A stretch of DNA of 62,348 bases, counting the filler. It is 6 parts of 6 records of this genome, joined end to end, with 100 filler letters (N's around TTAATTAATTAA, not from the genome) between each part and the next. Parts side by side here need not be neighbours in the genome. Positions count along the whole stretch, not along the records: positions 1 to 11,789 come from DRR378314_1562; positions 11,890 to 27,195 come from DRR378314_1563; 4 more parts are not named here. The stretch is one strand, 5' to 3'. The notes beneath the pieces were generated by a model that saw only the letters and a list, made by a program, of their open reading frames with translations, ran no database searches and was not told the DNA's origin. The first letter of the stretch is position 1, and every line of letters begins with the position of its first letter. The position numbers were made by a program, and so were the translations under genes. Positions 9,706-20,141 of this stretch are shown here, piece after piece.

Positions 9706-11013
9706 ATGACCACGCCCTTTTTCGCAGGACAGCACTACCCGGTGATCGTGGTGGGCGGCGGCCAGGCCGGCCTGTCCGCCAGCTACTGGCTGTGCCGCCA
9801 TGACATCGACCATCTGGTGCTGGAAAAGCACCAGGCCTTCCACGCCTGGAAAAACGAACGCTGGGACAGCTTCTCCCTGGTCACGCCGAACTGGCAGTGC
9901 CGGCTGCCCGGCCACCCCTATGACGGCGACGACCCGGACGGCTTCATGGTCAAGGACCAGATCGTCGCCTGGATGGAGCGCTTCCGGGCCGCCTTTTCGC
10001 CGCCGCTGCGGGAAGGCGTCACCGTGCAGGAGGTCACGCCGCGATCCGGCGGCGGCTACCGGGTGCGCACCGACCGGGGCGCGCTGAGCGCCGACCGGGT
10101 GATCATGGCGGTGAGCGTCTACCACCAGCCCAAGGTGCCGCCCTGCGCCGACGCCCTACCCGACCACCTGACCCAGCTGGACGCCTCCGCCTATCGTAAT
10201 CCGGACGCCCTGCCCGAGGGACCGGTGCTGGTGGTGGGCACCGGCCAGTCCGGCTGCCAGATCGCCGAGGACCTGCACCTGGCCGGCCGCGAGGTGCACC
10301 TGGCGGTGGGCCCCGCGCCGCGGGTCTCGCGCTTCTACCGGGGCCGCGACGTGGTCGCCTGGCTGGACGACATGGGCCACTACCGCATTCCGGTGCGCGA
10401 GCACCTCAGCGAGGATCAGGTCAAAGCAAAGGCCAACCACTACGTCACCGGCCGCGACGGCGGCCGCGACATCGACCTGCGCCGCTTCGCCCTGGAAGGC
10501 ATGCGCCTGTACGGGCGCCTGGAAGACCTGGAAGGCGGCCGGATTCTGTTCGGCCACGACCTCAGGGAAAACCTCGACAACGCCGACGCCACCAACGCCC
10601 GCATCAAGGCCAGCATCGACGAGCATATCGCGCGGCACAACATCGACGCGCCGGCGGAAGCGCCCTACCGCCCGGTGTGGGAGCCGGCACCGGACCACCC
10701 CACCCGCCTGGACCTGGACGCCACCGGCATCACCACGGTGATCTGGTGTATCGGCTACGCGCCGGATTTCAGCTGGATCAAGGTGCCGGCCGCCTTCGAC
10801 GACAGCGGCTACCCGAAACACGAGCGCGGCGTCACCGCCAGCCCCGGCCTCTACTTCCTGGGCCTGCCCTGGCAGCACACCTGGGGCTCCGGACGCATCT
10901 ACGCCATCGCCGAGGACGCCGAACACGTGGTCGACCACCTGGCTGATGAGCTCTGTGCGAGCGGGCCGGGCTGGGCCCGCTCCCACAACACCACACAAAA
11001 TTGTCGGCCATAA
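9706..11013 (+). CDS. nitH: MSMEG_0569 family flavin-dependent oxidoreductase (NitH)
   Basis: VGGGQAGLS FAD motif, ERWDSF, VGTGQSGCQIAE, YVTGRDGGRDIDLR; RBS AGGAG. Confidence 0.9.
   Translation: MTTPFFAGQHYPVIVVGGGQAGLSASYWLCRHDIDHLVLEKHQAFHAWKNERWDSFSLVTPNWQCRLPGHPYDGDDPDGFMVKDQIVAWMERFRAAFSPPLREGVTVQEVTPRSGGGYRVRTDRGALSADRVIMAVSVYHQPKVPPCADALPDHLTQLDASAYRNPDALPEGPVLVVGTGQSGCQIAEDLHLAGREVHLAVGPAPRVSRFYRGRDVVAWLDDMGHYRIPVREHLSEDQVKAKANHYVTGRDGGRDIDLRRFALEGMRLYGRLEDLEGGRILFGHDLRENLDNADATNARIKASIDEHIARHNIDAPAEAPYRPVWEPAPDHPTRLDLDATGITTVIWCIGYAPDFSWIKVPAAFDDSGYPKHERGVTASPGLYFLGLPWQHTWGSGRIYAIAEDAEHVVDHLADELCASGPGWARSHNTTQNCRP
10954..10987. repeat. REP-like palindrome inside the 3' end of nitH
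   Basis: TGTGCGAGCGGGCC-N6-GGCCCGCTCCCACA, 13/14 inverted match; resembles GTGGGAGC-type gammaproteobacterial REPs. Confidence 0.55.
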
Positions 11014-11037
11014 AAAAGCCCCACCAAAAGGCGGGGC
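11012..11037 (-). terminator. Rho-independent terminator downstream of the fadB/fadJ-like gene
   Basis: Minus strand GCCCCGCC-TTTT-GGTGGGGC then T6; a second GC hairpin at 11063-11086. Confidence 0.7.
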
Positions 11038-11096
11038 CGGAAAATAAAAACAGGACAAAACAGCGGCGCCGGGAGAACGGCGCCGCCAGGGTTGGC

Positions 11097-11789
11097 TTAC
11101 TTGAAGATTTCGCCTTTCTCGGCTTTTTCCACCAACGACTTGGGCGGCGTGAACCGCTCGCCGTAGGTATCGGCCAGTTCCTGGGCACGGGCCACGAAGC
11201 CGCGCAGGCCGCCGTCGTACTGGTTCATGTACTGAACCACGCCGCCGGTCCAGGCCGGGAAGCCGATGCCGAAGATGGAACCGATGTTGGTGTCGCCCAC
11301 CGATTCGATCACGCCTTCGTCGAAGCACTTCACGGTTTCGATGGCTTCGGCGAACAGCATGCGCTCCTGCATGTCCTGGAACGGAATCGCTTCTTTTTCT
11401 CCGAACTGTTCTTTCAGGCCCGGCCAGAGGTGCGCCTTGCCGTTTTCCGGATACTCGTAGAATCCCTTGCCGTCCAGCTTGCCGGGGCGGTCCAGTTCGC
11501 GAACCATCTTCTCCATCACCGCCAGGGCGGGATGGGCCTGGTTGGCGCCTTCGCCTTTGCTGGCCGCTTCCTTGTACTCATCGGCGATCTTCAACGACAG
11601 CTTCATGTTGATTTCGTCGATCAGCTTGAGCGCGCCCACCGGGTAGCCGCCCTGGGTGGCGGCCTGCTCGACGGAGTTGGCGTTCTGGCCTTCACCGACC
11701 ATGGCGATGGCTTCGTTGATGAAGGTGCCGATCACGCGGCTGGTGAAGAAACCGCGGGAATCGTTGACCACGATCGGCGTCTTCTTGAT
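11097..11789 (-). CDS. 3-hydroxyacyl-CoA dehydrogenase / fatty-acid oxidation alpha subunit, 3' part (5' cut by contig end)
   Basis: VNDSRGFFTSRV, GKLDGKGFYEY, IGSIFGIGFPAWTGG. Confidence 0.9.
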   Translation of the reverse strand: MKKTPIVVNDSRGFFTSRVIGTFINEAIAMVGEGQNANSVEQAATQGGYPVGALKLIDEINMKLSLKIADEYKEAASKGEGANQAHPALAVMEKMVRELDRPGKLDGKGFYEYPENGKAHLWPGLKEQFGEKEAIPFQDMQERMLFAEAIETVKCFDEGVIESVGDTNIGSIFGIGFPAWTGGVVQYMNQYDGGLRGFVARAQELADTYGERFTPPKSLVEKAEKGEIFK

Positions 11790-11889
11790 NNNNNNNNNNN
11801 NNNNNNNNNNNNNNNNNNNNNNNNNNNNNNNNNTTAATTAATTAANNNNNNNNNNNNNNNNNNNNNNNNNNNNNNNNNNNNNNNNNNNN
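11790..11889. other. Artificial contig linker
   Basis: 44 N + TTAATTAATTAA (stops in all six frames) + 44 N. Confidence 0.99.
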
Positions 11890-12340
11890 CAAGGATTTCA
11901 TGTATGACACCTATCAGGTCGCCGAGGCCCGCGCGCTTGGTGCCGATTGCATCCTAATCATTCTCGCCTCCGTCTCGGACGAGCAGGCCGCAGAGCTGGA
12001 AGCCTGTGCCATCGAATGGGACATGGATGTGCTGCTAGAGGTCCACAACGAGGAAGAGTTGAACCGGGCCAGCCATCTGAAATCGCGGCTGATGGGCATT
12101 AATAACCGCAATCTCAACACCTTTGAGACCTCGCTGGACACCACCCGCCACCTGTCGCGTCTGGTTCCGCCTGAGCGGGCGATCGTCTGCGAAAGCGGTC
12201 TGAACACGCCCGAGGATCTCTCCGATATGGCCCGCTATGGTGCGCGCAGTTTCCTGATTGGTGAAAGCCTGATGCGTCAGGACGATGTGACCGCCGCCAC
12301 CCGAGCGCTGCTCGCCAACCCGCTTGTTCCCGGCGTCTGA
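11890..12340 (+). CDS. trpC: Indole-3-glycerol phosphate synthase, 3' part
   Basis: [38 protein letters not shown]. Confidence 0.95.
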
Positions 12341-12352
12341 GGAGGCCTGCCC

Positions 12353-12823
12353 ATGTCGCTCACACATTTTGACCAGAAGGGCGACGCCCATATGGTGGAT
12401 GTCTCCGACAAGGATGTGACCGCACGCATTGCCGTGGCCGAGGGTCACATCAAGATGGCGCGCGAGACGTTTGATATCATTGCGGAAGGGCGCGCCAAGA
12501 AAGGCGATGTCTTGTCGGTTGCGCGGCTCGCTGGCATCATGGGGGCCAAGAAGACTTCCGAGCTGATCCCGCTCTGTCACCCGTTGCCCATCACCAAAGT
12601 CACGGTCGAGTTGACACTCGACCCTGATCTGCCCGGTGTACGTGTCGAAGGGACGGTCAAGACCACCGGCCAGACCGGCGTCGAGATGGAGGCGCTGACA
12701 GCGGTCTCCACCGCTTGTCTCACCGTCTATGACATGGCCAAGGCGGTGGACAAGGCCATGGAAATCGGTGGCATCCGCGTTCTGCTGAAGGACGGCGGCA
12801 AGTCCGGCCGCTACGAGGCCTGA
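12353..12823 (+). CDS. moaC: Cyclic pyranopterin monophosphate synthase
   Basis: [26 protein letters not shown]. Confidence 0.97.
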   Translation: MSLTHFDQKGDAHMVDVSDKDVTARIAVAEGHIKMARETFDIIAEGRAKKGDVLSVARLAGIMGAKKTSELIPLCHPLPITKVTVELTLDPDLPGVRVEGTVKTTGQTGVEMEALTAVSTACLTVYDMAKAVDKAMEIGGIRVLLKDGGKSGRYEA

Positions 12824-12825
12824 TC

Positions 12826-13998
12826 ATGATCTCCGTCGCCGAGGCCCGCGCCGCCCTGCTTGATCTGGTCTCTCCCGTCGAGGTTGAAACCGTTCCCTTG
12901 GCGCAGGCGGCGGGCCGGGTGCTGGCAGAGCCTGTCACTGCCCGTCGTGATCAGCCGCCGTTTGATGCCTCCGCCATGGATGGCTATGCTGTGAACGCCG
13001 CCGAAGTTGAGCTGCACGCGATGTTCAAGGTGATTGGCGAGGCTGCGGCCGGGCATGGCTTTGAGGGCCGTGTCGGTGCTGGGCAAGCGGTGCGGATCTT
13101 TACCGGCGCACCGGTGCCGGACGGTGCCGATTTTGTGGTCATTCAAGAGGATGTGGATCGCAAGGGCGACCTCATCACGATCAGCTACGATCCGGGCGAT
13201 AGCGCCAATATCCGCGACCGGGGCCGCGACTTTCGCGCAGGTCAAACGGTCGACGCCCCGCGCCGCCTGCGCCCTGCGGATATCGCACTCCTGGCGGCAA
13301 TGAACATAGCCGAAGTCCCTGTGCGCCGCCGTCCCGTAGTGGCACTGATGTCTACGGGGGATGAGCTGGTCATGCCCGGAGAGGTTCCCGGTCCGGATCA
13401 GATCATCGTCTCCAATACCTTCGGCCTGAAGGCGATGTTCGAAGAGCACGGCGCCGAGGTCCGCATGCTGCCGATCGCCCGCGACACCGACGCCTCGCTG
13501 CGCACCGCATTTGGTCTTGCGGCGGATGCGGATCTGGTGGTGACCATCGGCGGGGCCTCGGTGGGTGATCATGATCTGGTGGCTGGGGTTGCTGAAAGCC
13601 TCGGGTTGCAGCGCGCGTTCTACAAGGTGGCCATGCGCCCCGGCAAACCGCTGATGGCCGGTCGGTTTGGCACAGGCGCCATGGTGGGCCTGCCGGGCAA
13701 TCCAGTCTCGGCGATGATTTGCGGTCGGGTCTTCGTGGTGTCGATGCTGCAGGCCATGCTCGGCCTGTCGACTGCAGAAGCGGCACGCGCGCAAGCGCCG
13801 CTTGCGGTCGCACTCCCGGCCAATGGACCACGCCAGCATTATATGCGTGCGACCTGGACCGATCAGGGATTGCGGGCCTTTGACAGCCAGGACAGTTCGC
13901 TCTTGTCGGTTCTGGCGCAGGCCGAAGCACTGATTGTCCGCCCGCCTCATGACCCCGCGCGCAACATCGCAGACCACGTGGAATACCTGCCCCTCTAA
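12826..13998 (+). CDS. moeA: Molybdopterin molybdotransferase
   Basis: SAMDGYA, RIFTGAPVP, STGDEL, GGASVGDHD, MRPGKP, GLPGNPVS. Confidence 0.96.
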   Translation: MISVAEARAALLDLVSPVEVETVPLAQAAGRVLAEPVTARRDQPPFDASAMDGYAVNAAEVELHAMFKVIGEAAAGHGFEGRVGAGQAVRIFTGAPVPDGADFVVIQEDVDRKGDLITISYDPGDSANIRDRGRDFRAGQTVDAPRRLRPADIALLAAMNIAEVPVRRRPVVALMSTGDELVMPGEVPGPDQIIVSNTFGLKAMFEEHGAEVRMLPIARDTDASLRTAFGLAADADLVVTIGGASVGDHDLVAGVAESLGLQRAFYKVAMRPGKPLMAGRFGTGAMVGLPGNPVSAMICGRVFVVSMLQAMLGLSTAEAARAQAPLAVALPANGPRQHYMRATWTDQGLRAFDSQDSSLLSVLAQAEALIVRPPHDPARNIADHVEYLPL

Positions 13999-14073
13999 GC
14001 GAGCCTCCTGCGAAAATCCTGTTGGCGGCACGACTTGCCAGGGCTTTTTATGTTCCCCTTATGATCCGACCCG

Positions 14074-14102
14074 TTGACACAAAACAAGAACATGAATAGA
14101 AC
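14074..14102 (+). promoter_or_regulatory. lexA promoter (TTGACA-N17-TAGAAC) overlapped by the alphaproteobacterial SOS box GAAC-N7-GAAC (14088-14102)
   Basis: Exact GAAC-ATGAATA-GAAC; a second degenerate box GTTC-N7-GATC at 14052-14066. Confidence 0.85.
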
Positions 14103-14134
14103 ATGACGAAAGGGATCGTGCAGAGAGGCCAGCC

Positions 14135-14833
14135 ATGCTGACGAAAAAACAGCTTCAGCTTTTGGAGTTCATTCATAAGCGTCTGCAAAAGGACGGCGTC
14201 CCGCCAAGCTTTGATGAAATGAAAGTAGCGCTGGATCTGCGCTCCAAGTCCGGTATCCACCGCCTGATCACGGCGCTGGAGGAACGCGGCTTTATTCGCC
14301 GCCTTGCCCACCGTGCCCGCGCGATTGAGGTGATCCGCCTGCCCGACAGTCTTGGCGGCGGTCAGGACAGTTTTGCACCGCAAGTGATCTCTGGCGGCAA
14401 GCCGGACTCTGCGCCAGAACCGGAGTTGAAACCCGCCCCGAATACCGGCGCCACCGAGCTCGCGGTCATGGGCCGTATCGCTGCCGGTGTACCGATCGAG
14501 GCGATCAGCCAAGCCGCCGCGCATGTCGCAGTGCCCAACGGGATGCTGTCCAGCTCGGGTGAGCATTTTGCACTCGAAGTGCGTGGCGATTCGATGATTG
14601 ATGCGGGCATCAATGACGGTGACGTGGTGGTTATTCATGAAACCGCAGCGGCCGATAACGGCGATATCGTTGTGGCGCTTGTCGAAGGGCATGAAGCCAC
14701 GCTTAAACGCTACGTGCGCAGTGGTCGCATGATCGAGCTTCAGGCTGCCAACCCCGCTTATCCAACGCAAACCTATGCTGAAGATCAGGTGAAGGTGCAG
14801 GGGCGTCTCGTTGGACTGATCCGCACTTACTGA
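14135..14833 (+). CDS. lexA: SOS repressor LexA
   Basis: PPSFDEMK...[14 protein letters not shown] cleavage site, GDSM, ATLK. Confidence 0.97.
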   Translation: MLTKKQLQLLEFIHKRLQKDGVPPSFDEMKVALDLRSKSGIHRLITALEERGFIRRLAHRARAIEVIRLPDSLGGGQDSFAPQVISGGKPDSAPEPELKPAPNTGATELAVMGRIAAGVPIEAISQAAAHVAVPNGMLSSSGEHFALEVRGDSMIDAGINDGDVVVIHETAAADNGDIVVALVEGHEATLKRYVRSGRMIELQAANPAYPTQTYAEDQVKVQGRLVGLIRTY

Positions 14834-14933
14834 GTATCTCGGGCCGCTTGTGCGGTGCGGTCTTAGGCAAGCAATGGCTCCGATTTGATCGGGGCCTTTT
14901 GCGTTGCGGGGCCCTTTGGTTCGGCACGTCTTC

Positions 14934-16964
14934 TCACTTAGTCCGATGCGGCGACCACAGACGTGGCGATCGTTGATGCGCGGTAATCATTTTCCCGCCG
15001 TCGAAATAGGCAATGCTGCCGCTCGCGCGTAGCCGGGCCGGAGTGAGCCAGTCGCAGCCACCTTCGGGCCGATCAGCCGCAACTGTCAGCACGATGACCT
15101 CCTCTCGTAGACAGGTCGCCTTGAGCTGAGCCAACCCTGTCTTGCCGATCACATGGATAAACCGACGCCCCTGCCATTCCAGCGTCTGAACGCGCGCGGA
15201 GCTGTCACCCTGCCCGCGCGCAAAGGCGCGTTCCTGATCGACGCCATCGCCATCATTCTCCAGCCATATTCCGGCGACAAAGCTCTTGCCGCGCGCACGC
15301 GACAGGGCACGGCCGTCCTGTGTCATCACTCCGATCAGGCCGCCATCCGCCGCGACCAGCACCTGCGGGCGTTGCGACTGCGGCCAGGCCAGCAGCGCAA
15401 TGCAGACTGGCACCACACCCAGCCAGCGAAGCCGTCCTTGCCACAGCAAGACAAGCAATGCGCCTGAAATCAGAACCGGCAGGATCCAGTTATCCGGCGC
15501 CACAACATAGCCGCGTGCCCCCGGCCATTGTGCGACTGTTTCGGCCACAGAGAGGATCCAGCCGATCCCTTGCGACATGATCCAGAACCCAACGCCGCTT
15601 GCCCCGATGGGCGCGAGGCAGATTGCAAGAACCGCGCCGGGCACCGCCACTGCGCCCATGAACGGCACCGCTGCCAAATTCGCAATCAAGCCATAGTGCG
15701 AGACCATGTTGAAATGCGCCGCGCCAAAGGGCGCTGTTGCCAGTCCCGCCACAAGCGAGGACAGCACCAACCCCGCACACCAGCGCCATACGGTCGTCCA
15801 TGAACCGCCGCGTCCCGCCGCAAAGAGCGGTTGCACTCCCCGGAACACCACGACAAGCGCCAAGGTTGCCGAGAAACTCATCTGAAACCCGGCGCTCAGC
15901 AGGCTCTCCGGTCGACGCAAGAGCACCAGAATCGCTGCCAGTGCCACGGCCCGTACCGAAATGGCGCGGCGGTCCAGCACCACTGCGACCAACATGACGG
16001 CGACCATGAGAAAGGCTCGCTCAGTCGCGATATTCGCACCCGACAGCAGCAAATAGCCAAAACTCGCCACCAACGCAAAAAAAGCTGCGATTTTCTTGAT
16101 TGGCCAACGGAGTGCGATGACCGGCGACAATGCAAAGGCGCGGCGCAGACTGGCAAAGATCACCCCGGCGAACAGTCCCATATGAAGGCCGGATATTGCG
16201 AGCAGATGCGCCAGGTTGCTGGCGCGCAGCGCATCCGTGACAGCACGCGGCACATGGGCTCGATCACCAGTGATTAGCGCCGCACCGACACCGCCGGTCC
16301 GGTCGGGCATGGCGCTGCGCACCCACTCAGACACCTGTGTGCGCAGCGTTGCGATGGGCAACGCCTCCGACCTCTGCGTGCGCAGAACCGGCACGCGGGT
16401 ATATCCGACAGCGCCGAGCTGCAGAAACCAAGCATGGCGACGAAAATCAAACCCACCGGGTTCCGCTGGCCCTTGCGGCGGGGATAGATGCGCCGTTGTC
16501 ATGACCCAGTCCCCGGGGGCCGGCGCCGTGCCTTGCATCAGGGAGACCCGGACCCGCGCGGGTGTGCGTGCCGGAGAGACATCATCCAGCCGTACATGTC
16601 GCAGCGTGATCCGCACCGCATCCGAGGCAGAGCGATCCACCGCGACCACCTGCCCCTCAACCGCGCCATAGTATCGAAACGTCAGAACCGGCGCGCCAAT
16701 CTGATGCGCCCGTGCGCCCATGTAGCTGAACCCAAGCCCCACCAGGATCACAGCGGCAGCCAGCAAACCAAAACCGTCGCCCCGTCGCGCTGGCCATATG
16801 AGCAGGCCACACCCGAGAAGAACAATGCCATACTGTCGAAGATCAGGTTCTGCCGGGGCGATAAAATACAGCCCGATGCCAAGACCAAAGAACGCCGGAA
16901 CCCAAGGGAACAAATGCCCCCTCTGGGCCTGCAACACTGCATCTAGGGCGCTCAGGATGCGCAC
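14934..16964 (-). CDS. comEC: ComEC/Rec2 competence DNA channel
   Basis: AHLLAISGLHMG, GFQMSFSA, PGGFDFRR; GTG start with RBS. Confidence 0.93.
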   Translation of the reverse strand: MRILSALDAVLQAQRGHLFPWVPAFFGLGIGLYFIAPAEPDLRQYGIVLLGCGLLIWPARRGDGFGLLAAAVILVGLGFSYMGARAHQIGAPVLTFRYYGAVEGQVVAVDRSASDAVRITLRHVRLDDVSPARTPARVRVSLMQGTAPAPGDWVMTTAHLSPPQGPAEPGGFDFRRHAWFLQLGAVGYTRVPVLRTQRSEALPIATLRTQVSEWVRSAMPDRTGGVGAALITGDRAHVPRAVTDALRASNLAHLLAISGLHMGLFAGVIFASLRRAFALSPVIALRWPIKKIAAFFALVASFGYLLLSGANIATERAFLMVAVMLVAVVLDRRAISVRAVALAAILVLLRRPESLLSAGFQMSFSATLALVVVFRGVQPLFAAGRGGSWTTVWRWCAGLVLSSLVAGLATAPFGAAHFNMVSHYGLIANLAAVPFMGAVAVPGAVLAICLAPIGASGVGFWIMSQGIGWILSVAETVAQWPGARGYVVAPDNWILPVLISGALLVLLWQGRLRWLGVVPVCIALLAWPQSQRPQVLVAADGGLIGVMTQDGRALSRARGKSFVAGIWLENDGDGVDQERAFARGQGDSSARVQTLEWQGRRFIHVIGKTGLAQLKATCLREEVIVLTVAADRPEGGCDWLTPARLRASGSIAYFDGGKMITAHQRSPRLWSPHRTK

Positions 16965-17043
16965 GCTTGCTCCCTGCCTTCTGGCTCGGTACACAGGCGA
17001 CAAACGTAGGCCCTCCAAGGTTTCCAAAAGGTAAATGCCCCAC

Positions 17044-18444
17044 ATGTCCCAACCGGTCGTCACCCGCTTCGCCCCCTCTCCCACCGGCTTTCTGCACATC
17101 GGCGGCGCGCGCACCGCGCTGTTCAACTGGCTCTATGCCCGAGGCCGTGGCGGCAAATTCCTGCTGCGCATTGAGGATACCGACCGGGCACGCTCCACCC
17201 CCGAAGCCACCACCGCCATTCTGCAGGGCATGGCTTGGCTGGGCCTGGATCACGACGGCGATGTGGTGAGCCAGTTCGAGGGTGCCGCACGTCACGCGGA
17301 GGTGGCCAATCAACTGCTGACCGAGGGCAAGGCCTACAAGTGTTTCTCCACGCAGGAAGAAATCGCCGCCTTTCGCGATGCCGCAAAGGCCGAAGGCAAA
17401 TCGACCCTGTTTCAGTCCCCGTGGCGTGATACGCCCGCGTCCGAGCATCCCGACGCACCCTATGTCATCCGCATCAAGGCACCGCGTGATGGCGACACCG
17501 TGATCCGGGACGAGGTGCAGGGCGATGTGACCATCAAAAATACGCAACTGGACGACATGATCCTGCTGCGCTCGGATGGCTCGCCTGTCTATATGCTGGC
17601 GGTGGTTGTGGACGATCACGACATGGGCGTGACCCATGTGATCCGGGGTGACGATCACCTCAATAATGCGGCGCGCCAGATGATGATCTATCAGGCGATG
17701 GGCTGGGACGTGCCGGTCTGGGCACATATTCCGCTCATTCATGGACCAGATGGTAAAAAATTGTCGAAGCGTCACGGGGCGCTCGGGGCGCAGGAATACC
17801 AGGCGATGGGCTACCCGGCGGCGGGCATGCGCAACTACCTTGCACGTCTTGGTTGGTCCCATGGGGATGACGAGTTCTTTACCGATGCACAGGCCAGAGA
17901 ATGGTTTGATCTCCGTGGAATCGGCAAAAGCCCGGCCCGATTTGACACCAAGAAATTGGAGAGCCTTTGCGGCCAACATATTGCAATTGCTGACGATGCT
18001 GCGTTGCGGCAGGAAATCGAGGCCTATCTTGCGGCTGCCGATCAGCCCGCTCTGAGTGACGTACAGTCACGCGGGCTCGAAGCTGCCATGCACTGCCTCA
18101 AAGACCGAGCGAAGACCTTCCCTGAACTCCTTGAAAAAGCGCATTTTGTGCTTGCTTCACGCCCATTGGAGCGGGATGCAAAGGTGGAAAAGGCACTTGA
18201 TCCTGTATCCCTTGGTATACTGACTGAATTGACGCCGCATCTGCAAAATGCTAGCTGGACGCGAGACGAACTTGAGGCCGCCCTGAATGAATTTGCCGCG
18301 GCCAAAGATACGAAGTTTGGCAAATTGGCTGGCCCCCTTCGGGCTGTGCTTGCAGGCCGCGCGGTAACGCCTTCGGTCTTCGATATGATGATTTGCCTGG
18401 GCCGGGATGAAACTCTGGCCCGGCTCAAGGACGTAACAGGCTGA
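17044..18444 (+). CDS. gltX: Glutamate--tRNA ligase
   Basis: [25 protein letters not shown]. Confidence 0.97.
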   Translation: MSQPVVTRFAPSPTGFLHIGGARTALFNWLYARGRGGKFLLRIEDTDRARSTPEATTAILQGMAWLGLDHDGDVVSQFEGAARHAEVANQLLTEGKAYKCFSTQEEIAAFRDAAKAEGKSTLFQSPWRDTPASEHPDAPYVIRIKAPRDGDTVIRDEVQGDVTIKNTQLDDMILLRSDGSPVYMLAVVVDDHDMGVTHVIRGDDHLNNAARQMMIYQAMGWDVPVWAHIPLIHGPDGKKLSKRHGALGAQEYQAMGYPAAGMRNYLARLGWSHGDDEFFTDAQAREWFDLRGIGKSPARFDTKKLESLCGQHIAIADDAALRQEIEAYLAAADQPALSDVQSRGLEAAMHCLKDRAKTFPELLEKAHFVLASRPLERDAKVEKALDPVSLGILTELTPHLQNASWTRDELEAALNEFAAAKDTKFGKLAGPLRAVLAGRAVTPSVFDMMICLGRDETLARLKDVTG

Positions 18445-18583
18445 TTGCCCGCTGGGATCTGACGTTAAGATCTGGGTAAGCCCGTTCGGATAGGACTTCG
18501 CCTGCACTATAATCGGTGCGGGCGCCCCGCTGCGCGGGACGGGCCACCCGCCCTCTCTGCGCCTGTAACAGGAAGGGACATCT

Positions 18584-19879
18584 ATGACCGACACACAGAA
18601 AACTGCCCAGCTCAGCCTGAATGGTGAGACTTACGAGCTTCCCATCTTCTCGCCGACGGCGGGGCCCGATGTTCTGGACATCCGCAAACTCTACGCTCAG
18701 GCGGGCGTCTTCACCTATGATCCGGGCTTCACCTCCACGGCGAGCTGTGACAGCACGATCACCTATATCGACGGCAACGAAGGCGTGCTGCTGCATCGTG
18801 GCTATCCGATCGACCAGCTGGCGGGGAAATCCCACTATCTGGAGGTCTGCTATCTGCTGCTCTACGGAGAGCTGCCGACCGCGACCCAGCTTGAGGATTT
18901 TGAAACCCGTGTGACCCGTCACACCATGGTCCACGAGCAGATGCACAACTTCTTCCGCGGCTTCCGCCGGGATGCACACCCGATGGCAACCCTTGTGGGC
19001 GTGGTTGGTGCAATGTCCGCCTTCTACCACGACTCCACCGACATCGCAGATCCGTGGCAGCGTGAGGTCGCCGCAATCCGCCTGATCGCCAAGCTGCCCA
19101 CCATTGCAGCGATGGCCTATAAGTACTCCATCGGTCAGCCGTTTGTGTATCCGCGCAACGATCTGGATTACGCGGCGAACTTCCTGCACATGTGTTTCTC
19201 GGTTCCGGCGGAAGACTACAATGTCGACCCGATCCTCGCCCGTGCCATGGACCGGATCTTTACCCTGCATGCGGACCACGAACAGAACGCATCGACCTCG
19301 ACCGTGCGTCTGGCCTCCTCGTCCGGGGCCAACCCGTTTGCCTGTATCGCAGCTGGCATCGCCTGCCTCTGGGGTCCTGCACACGGTGGCGCCAACCAGG
19401 CCTGCCTGGAGATGCTCAAGGAAATCGGTTCGGTCGAGAATATTCCGGAGTATATCGAACGCGCCAAGGACAAGAACGATCCGTTCCGTCTGATGGGCTT
19501 TGGTCACCGCGTCTACAAGAACACCGACCCGCGCGCCAAGGTGCTGAAGCAATCCGCCGATGAGGTTCTCGAACTTCTGGGTGTCGAAGACAATCCGCTC
19601 CTGCAGGTCGCCAAGGAGCTGGAGCGCACCGCGCTGAACGACCCTTACTTCATCGAAAAGAAACTGTTCCCGAACGTCGACTTCTACTCGGGTATCATCC
19701 TCGAGGCGATGGGCTTCCCGACCTCCATGTTCACGCCGATCTTTGCGCTGTCGCGTACCGTCGGCTGGATCTCCCAGTGGAAAGAAATGATCGGCGACCC
19801 TCAGAACAAGATCGGCCGTCCGCGCCAGCTCTACCTGGGTGAAACGCCGCGCAATTACGTAGATATTGAAAACCGCTGA
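18584..19879 (+). CDS. gltA: Citrate synthase
   Basis: [31 protein letters not shown]. Confidence 0.98.
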   Translation: MTDTQKTAQLSLNGETYELPIFSPTAGPDVLDIRKLYAQAGVFTYDPGFTSTASCDSTITYIDGNEGVLLHRGYPIDQLAGKSHYLEVCYLLLYGELPTATQLEDFETRVTRHTMVHEQMHNFFRGFRRDAHPMATLVGVVGAMSAFYHDSTDIADPWQREVAAIRLIAKLPTIAAMAYKYSIGQPFVYPRNDLDYAANFLHMCFSVPAEDYNVDPILARAMDRIFTLHADHEQNASTSTVRLASSSGANPFACIAAGIACLWGPAHGGANQACLEMLKEIGSVENIPEYIERAKDKNDPFRLMGFGHRVYKNTDPRAKVLKQSADEVLELLGVEDNPLLQVAKELERTALNDPYFIEKKLFPNVDFYSGIILEAMGFPTSMFTPIFALSRTVGWISQWKEMIGDPQNKIGRPRQLYLGETPRNYVDIENR

Positions 19880-19901
19880 TCTTGCACAACTGATCATCTC
19901 A

Positions 19902-19937
19902 AGACCCCGTCCGGCGTTCTGGGCGGGGTTTTCTTTT
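19902..19937 (+). terminator. Rho-independent terminator after gltA
   Basis: ACCCCGTCC...GGGCGGGGT stem followed by a T-rich tail. Confidence 0.75.
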
Positions 19938-20141
19938 GCCAATCACCATCATCGTGGGAACAGGATCGCCGTCATTGTTGCAGAAACGGAAACTTTTAGT
20001 TTTCTAAAATGAAGCATTAAATTGACCTTTTTTTGAATCCATGCCGTAAACAGTTCGTAAATTTGTGAGTCCGCCGCGCGGATTCGGTTTTGTATTTTGG
20101 ATTTCGGCCTGGGGCCTGAATCGTACTGATGAGGTACTGCA

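Noticed and set aside
11790-11889. TTAATTAATTAA repeated five times as a biological repeat or CtrA site
   Set aside because: It is a synthetic six-frame-stop spacer inside N runs.
18465-18479. CtrA-like TTAA-N7-GTAA upstream of gltA
   Set aside because: One mismatch, single copy and no supporting context; could be chance.
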